Source of the DNA: Parazoarcus communis SWub3 = DSM 12120
GTDB lineage: Bacteria > Pseudomonadota > Gammaproteobacteria > Burkholderiales > Rhodocyclaceae
Assembly: GCF_003226565.1 (NCBI RefSeq)
Contig: NZ_QKOE01000005.1
Coordinates: 46,846-110,845, forward strand
Length of the DNA stretch: 64,000 nucleotides
Direction of reading: 5' to 3'
The notes beneath the pieces are model-generated. The model searched no databases, was not told where the DNA came from, and saw only the letters and a list, made by a program, of their open reading frames with translations. The position numbers and the translations under genes were made by a program. Of this stretch, positions 60,801 through 64,000 are shown piece by piece. Each line of letters opens with the position of its first letter. Position 1 is the first letter of the stretch.

Positions 60801-61225
60801 AGCGTGCAGCCTTGCCGCCTGGCGCCATCTGCCTGGAGATCACCGAGAGTTCTGCAGTGGCCAACCTGTCGAGGGTGGTGAGCTTCATTGCCGAGGTCAA
60901 ACAGCTTGGTTGCGCTTTCGCACTGGATGACTTTGGCAGTGGTCTGTCCTCGTTTGCCTATCTCAAGACCTTGCCCGTGGATTATCTGAAGATCGACGGC
61001 TCCTTCGTGCGGGATATCGCGACCGACCCGACCGACCGTGCCATGGTGCAGGCCATCCACACCATTGGCCATACGATGGGTCTGGCGACGATTGCTGAAT
61101 TCGTCGAGGACGAGGCGATTCTGGAGGTGCTGCGCGAGATCGGTGTCGACTACGCGCAGGGCTTCCATGTTGGTGTTCCCCGCCCGCTGGCGGAGATGGG
61201 CAAGGTGCGGATGATGCCGAGGTAG
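57833..61225 (+). CDS. Fusion protein: N-terminal Amt/MEP ammonium-transporter domain (~400 aa, 11 TM), then PAS domains, an intact GGDEF domain and an intact EAL domain
   Basis: The Amt domain aligns to E. coli AmtB, with both pore histidines retained: DFAGATVVHS for AmtB H168, and PAHLAAGVWG for AmtB H318. Other matching segments include GAVAERMRF, NLPMAMLGVMLLLFGWLGFNGGS and LRVSAEDERIGLNVSEHG. GGDEF (RLGGDEFGV) and EAL (EITES, DDFGSGLSS) motifs are intact. Confidence 0.9.
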   Translation: MSAVDIDVMWVLVCAGLVFLMQPGFLCLESGLTRSRNAINVAIKNVVDFAIAVALYWGVGFGLMFGASKLGWLGLEGFMPEVGHGSTNSLTAFFLFQAMFCSTAATIVSGAVAERMRFAAYLLVAALVAGLIYPVFGHWAWGGVLGGPRGWLAELGFIDFAGATVVHSVGGWVALAAVLIIGPRSGRFEGRDAQQPMSGGNLPMAMLGVMLLLFGWLGFNGGSTLALNERVPGILANTVLGAVGGILVGLLMGWRLRGYADVVHTLNGAIAGLVAVTAGAHLLGTGAAILVGTGGALVMVLCHEALLRRRIDDAVGAIPAHLAAGVWGTLALALLGDSAAFASGLGRGEQLLVQLAGVVACGLWSFGMAWVLLRVLDRFLPLRVSAEDERIGLNVSEHGARTELMELLQVMELQERTGQLSVRAPVEPFSEVGQIAAGYNRMMSALERAVEQTRAIVRDMRDGIITFGRDGVLRSVNPGAEKLFGLAAGQGVGMSLARLLADPPIVPEHQVERLMAAQDKTELRLHRRGAEPRVLEVSVSEGLVDGAAMFTGLVRDVTERRQMADQLQRERDLAQVTLASIGDGVITTDESGAVQYLNPTAERLTGWSLEEARGRNIATIYRLEDELSGRPLENPVRLVLAQGHETRSEDHGLLVRRDGERIPVQDTAAPIRSRLGYLIGVVLVCHDVTLTLNLTRELTRQASHDALTGIPNRREFERRLAEMLTAGIDPAVSHIVCYLDLDQFKVVNDTCGHVAGDELLRQVSTLMRQRMRSADLLARLGGDEFGVIFFSCPVDQALRMAEGFREAIRDYRFAWEGKSFSIGVSIGLVPVTESDRDMGRILSAADTACYAAKEGGRNRVHLYRPDDDQLAERHGQMQWVARLHSALDEDRLRLYVQPIVPLTPGEAVHFEILVRLEEDGRLISPGSFIPAAERYNLMPRIDEWVFRNVLAWVGDTYRKEGRVEGTWCINLSGNSLSDERLLADIRAGLERAALPPGAICLEITESSAVANLSRVVSFIAEVKQLGCAFALDDFGSGLSSFAYLKTLPVDYLKIDGSFVRDIATDPTDRAMVQAIHTIGHTMGLATIAEFVEDEAILEVLREIGVDYAQGFHVGVPRPLAEMGKVRMMPR

Positions 61226-61229
61226 TCGT

Positions 61230-61712
61230 TCAGTTGCGGGGCGGCAAGGTGCGTGGATACCCTGCGGTGTCGAGCAGCCTGTTCCAGCTCTCAGGGCCGA
61301 AGCCCTTGAAAGGCTGGCTGCCAACGGTCAGCGCGGGGACTTCCTCGGGGCTGCCGAAGATCGCCCGGTATTTTTCCAGATCCTCTTCGGTGACAAGTTT
61401 GATTTCGGTATAGGAAATACCACGCTTGTCGAGCAGAGAGCGGGCTTGTACGCAGATGTCCTCGCAACTGTCGGCCGTATAAAGCGTGACCGGAAAATCT
61501 TCGGTCAGCTTGCGTTCGGTGTAGCTGGGTACCGTGTCCGCACGTGAGCCGGAGTAGCGCCGCTCCTCCGCCTGCCGGGCAGAGGCCGGCGGCGGCTGGT
61601 CGGAAAAATGCACCTGCCCACGCTCATCCACCCAGCGATAGGTCGTCTGCGCGGAGACCATGCCCGCACTGGCGAGCATCAACAGGGAGAGAAGCAGGGC
61701 AGGCGTTTTCAT
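61230..61712 (-). CDS. DUF4124 domain protein with a C-terminal glutaredoxin-like segment
   Basis: Signal peptide plus YRWVDERGQVHFSD (DUF4124). ATGA overlap with the upstream prlC stop. Confidence 0.5.
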   Translation of the reverse strand: MKTPALLLSLLMLASAGMVSAQTTYRWVDERGQVHFSDQPPPASARQAEERRYSGSRADTVPSYTERKLTEDFPVTLYTADSCEDICVQARSLLDKRGISYTEIKLVTEEDLEKYRAIFGSPEEVPALTVGSQPFKGFGPESWNRLLDTAGYPRTLPPRN

Positions 61713-63793
61713 GCAGTCACCATTCCGTTGTGTCGCAACAGGGCATCCACCCGTGGCTCGCGACCACGGAAGGCCTTGAACGATTCCAGGGCTGGACGGC
61801 TGCCGCCCACGGCAAGGATTTCGCGCCAGAAGCGTGCGCCAGTCTCTGCATCGAGCAGGCTGCCCTTGCCGGCACCCGCCTCTTCGAACGCCTCAAAGGC
61901 GTCCGCAGACAGCACTTCCGCCCACTTGTAGCTATAGTAACCCGCAGCATATCCGCCAGCGAAGATGTGCGAGAAACTGTTGGGGAAGCGGTGCCAGGCC
62001 GGCGGAATCAACACTGCGACCTCCTGACGGACCTCGTCGAGCAGCCCCATGACCTTATCGATGGCAACACTGGCTTCGGCTGCGTTGCTGTCCGGCTGCA
62101 CCTCGTCGTGCAGGCGCAGGTCGAACATCGAGAACTCCAGCTGGCGCACGGTCTGCATGCCGCTCTGGAAGTTCTTTGCCGCGATCATCTTGTCATACAG
62201 CGACCGCGGCAACGGTTCGCCGGTATCAACATGGGCCGTCATGCCGCACAGCACGTCCCACTCCCAGCAGAAGTTCTCCATGAACTGGCTGGGGAGTTCG
62301 ACCGCGTCCCATTCCACACCATGGATGCCGGACACCGCCAGTTCCTCGATGCGGGTCAGCAGATGGTGCAGCCCATGGCCGGCTTCGTGGAACAGGGTCA
62401 GCACGTCATCATGACTGAAGGTCGCGGGCTTGCCGTCGACCGGCCCCGGGAAGTTGCACACCAGATAGGCGACCGGGGTCGTGCTGCCCTGGGTGCCCCG
62501 ATAACGGCTGCGGGCTGAGTCCATCCATGCGCCGCCGCGCTTGGTCTCGCGCGCATGAAGGTCGAGGTAGAAGTGTCCGACCAGGTCGCCGTTCTTCTCG
62601 ATGCGGTAGAAGCGGGTGTCCGGATCCCAGCGTGGCGCTTCGTCGGGCAGGATGTCGACGCCATACAGCGCACGGATGACCCCGAACAGGCCGTCCAGCA
62701 CCTTGGGTTCCGGGAAGTACTGCTTGACCTCCTGGTCGGAATAGTCGTAACGCGCCTGCCGCAGCTTTTCGGCGGCATAGGACACGTCCCACGGCTGCAG
62801 GTCATCCAGCCCCAGCTCTGCGGCGGCAAAGGCACGCAGCTCTTCGAGATCACGTACCGCAAACGGCTTGGCCTTGGCTGCCAGCTCACGCAGGAAGCCC
62901 AACACCTGTTCAGGTGAGTCCGCCATCTTTGGCACCAGCGAGACCTCGGCGAAGCTGCGGTAGCCCAGCATTCTGGATTCTTCCTGGCGCAGCGCCAGAA
63001 TGCGGCCGATCAGCGGGCCGTTATCCCATTCCGCCTTGCCGAACTCCGATGCGCGGGTCGCATACGCGCGATACATGCGCTCGCGCAGGGCCCGGTTGTC
63101 TGCATACTGCATGACCGGCAGGTAGGACGGCATCTGCAGGGTGAACTTCCAGCCCGGCTTGCCGTCCTTTTCTGCCGCAGCCCGTGCGGCGCTGCGGGCG
63201 TCGTCGGGAATGCCGGACAGATCGGCTTCGGCTTCGATCCATTCGGCATGGGCGTTGGTGGCGTCGAGCAGGTTTTCGGAGAACTTGGCTCCGAGTTGCG
63301 AGAGCGCCTCCTGAATGGCCTGGAAGCGCGGCTTGAGCGCGTCGGGAAGCTCTGCCCCGGACAGACGGAAATCACGCACCTCGTGATCGAGGATGCGTTG
63401 ACGTACCGGCGACAGGGTGGCGTATTCGGGACTGTCGTGCAGCGCCTTGTACTTGTGGAAGAGCGCCAGGTTCTGGCCAAGTTCGGCATAGAAGCGCGAT
63501 ACCTCCGGCAGCATGGCGTTGTAGGCCTCGCGCCATTCCGGCAGGTCCATCACGCTATGCAGGTGGCCCACCACGCCCCAGGCGCGGCCCACGCGCTCGC
63601 CGGCCTCGGTCATCGGAACGATGAAGCTGTCCCAGGTGGGCTGGGCGGCATCGCGGGTCAGCTGGTCGATCAGCGTGCGGTAGTCTTCCAGCAGGCTGCG
63701 TACCGCTGGTGCAACATGTTCGGGGCGGACGTCGGCAAAGCGCGGCAGTCCGCTGAAATCGAGCAGGGGATTGGTTGCGAGGGTGTCTTCCAT
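61709..63793 (-). CDS. prlC: Oligopeptidase A (M3 family zinc metallopeptidase)
   Basis: HEAGHGLHH HExxH motif. 694 aa with M3A-family sequence match across the whole protein. Confidence 0.9.
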   Translation of the reverse strand: MEDTLATNPLLDFSGLPRFADVRPEHVAPAVRSLLEDYRTLIDQLTRDAAQPTWDSFIVPMTEAGERVGRAWGVVGHLHSVMDLPEWREAYNAMLPEVSRFYAELGQNLALFHKYKALHDSPEYATLSPVRQRILDHEVRDFRLSGAELPDALKPRFQAIQEALSQLGAKFSENLLDATNAHAEWIEAEADLSGIPDDARSAARAAAEKDGKPGWKFTLQMPSYLPVMQYADNRALRERMYRAYATRASEFGKAEWDNGPLIGRILALRQEESRMLGYRSFAEVSLVPKMADSPEQVLGFLRELAAKAKPFAVRDLEELRAFAAAELGLDDLQPWDVSYAAEKLRQARYDYSDQEVKQYFPEPKVLDGLFGVIRALYGVDILPDEAPRWDPDTRFYRIEKNGDLVGHFYLDLHARETKRGGAWMDSARSRYRGTQGSTTPVAYLVCNFPGPVDGKPATFSHDDVLTLFHEAGHGLHHLLTRIEELAVSGIHGVEWDAVELPSQFMENFCWEWDVLCGMTAHVDTGEPLPRSLYDKMIAAKNFQSGMQTVRQLEFSMFDLRLHDEVQPDSNAAEASVAIDKVMGLLDEVRQEVAVLIPPAWHRFPNSFSHIFAGGYAAGYYSYKWAEVLSADAFEAFEEAGAGKGSLLDAETGARFWREILAVGGSRPALESFKAFRGREPRVDALLRHNGMVTA

Positions 63794-63830
63794 GATGTCC
63801 GGGTCGATGTTGAGCGAGTAATGTCCCTAT

Positions 63831-63866
63831 TGTGCCGCAAAAAAACACAAGGGCGCCGCTATCGGC
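63831..63866 (-). terminator. Rho-independent terminator for the upstream minus-strand gene: AAGGGCGCCG-CTAT-CGGCGCCCTT hairpin followed on the minus strand by TTTTTTT
   Basis: Read directly from the sequence: a perfect 10-bp stem and a 7-nt U-tract. Confidence 0.6.
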
Positions 63867-63898
63867 GCCCTTGGCGAAATTGATCGGGCGTCAGGTTT

Positions 63899-64000
63899 CA
63901 GTCGACCAGATCCTTGTAGGCATGCCAGGTTGCGTGGCCGAGCAGGGGTAGCAGGACCACCATGCCGATCATCATCGTGGCAAACCCGATGCCGACCAGC
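63899..64000 (-). CDS. C-terminal end of a membrane protein (partial; continues beyond the window)
   Basis: Open frame on the minus strand ending ...LVGIGFATMMIGMVVLLPLLGHATWHAYKDLVD* at 63899. Confidence 0.35.

Overview
This is a 64-kb, roughly 66% GC chromosomal segment with betaproteobacterial (Rhodocyclales-like) gene content and synteny. Most of it is conserved housekeeping: LivK-like binding protein C-terminus, pmbA / yjgA-mogA, msrPQ, aroG-like DAHP synthase, dinB, alaS, hemF-purD-purH-fis-dusB, ubiH-pepP-murU-amgK, lptD-surA-pdxA-rsmA, xthA and prlC. An RND efflux pair, two large GGDEF-EAL signalling proteins, lrgAB, a lytic transglycosylase, a Uma2 endonuclease, a vapBC toxin-antitoxin pair and several small periplasmic proteins of unknown function are also present. 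I found no rRNA, tRNA, CRISPR arrays or IS elements.

The most unusual locus is a seven-gene minus-strand operon at 25033-35236. It encodes a YjfI-like DUF2170 protein, a PspA/IM30 (ESCRT-III-fold) protein, a small tandem ribbon-helix-helix-like protein, a YqiJ/NfeD-like protein, a 701-aa flotillin, a 1741-aa protein with a coiled-coil body and a C-terminal AAA+ ATPase domain, and an AlkB-type dioxygenase joined to it by an ATGA overlap. The operon sits behind a consensus-like sigma-70 promoter whose -35 element is embedded in a 28-bp nested perfect palindrome. I could not place this gene combination in any characterised system; it looks like a candidate membrane-remodelling or stress (possibly phage-response) module. 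The ESCRT-III/Vps4 analogy is my inference only.

Second-tier observations are an Amt ammonium-transporter domain fused to PAS-GGDEF-EAL behind a good sigma-54 promoter match, an orphan bc1-type Rieske protein next to a periplasmic DsrE-like protein, an AT-rich 22-bp palindrome, a low-complexity ORF with atypical codon usage, and several intrinsic terminators.
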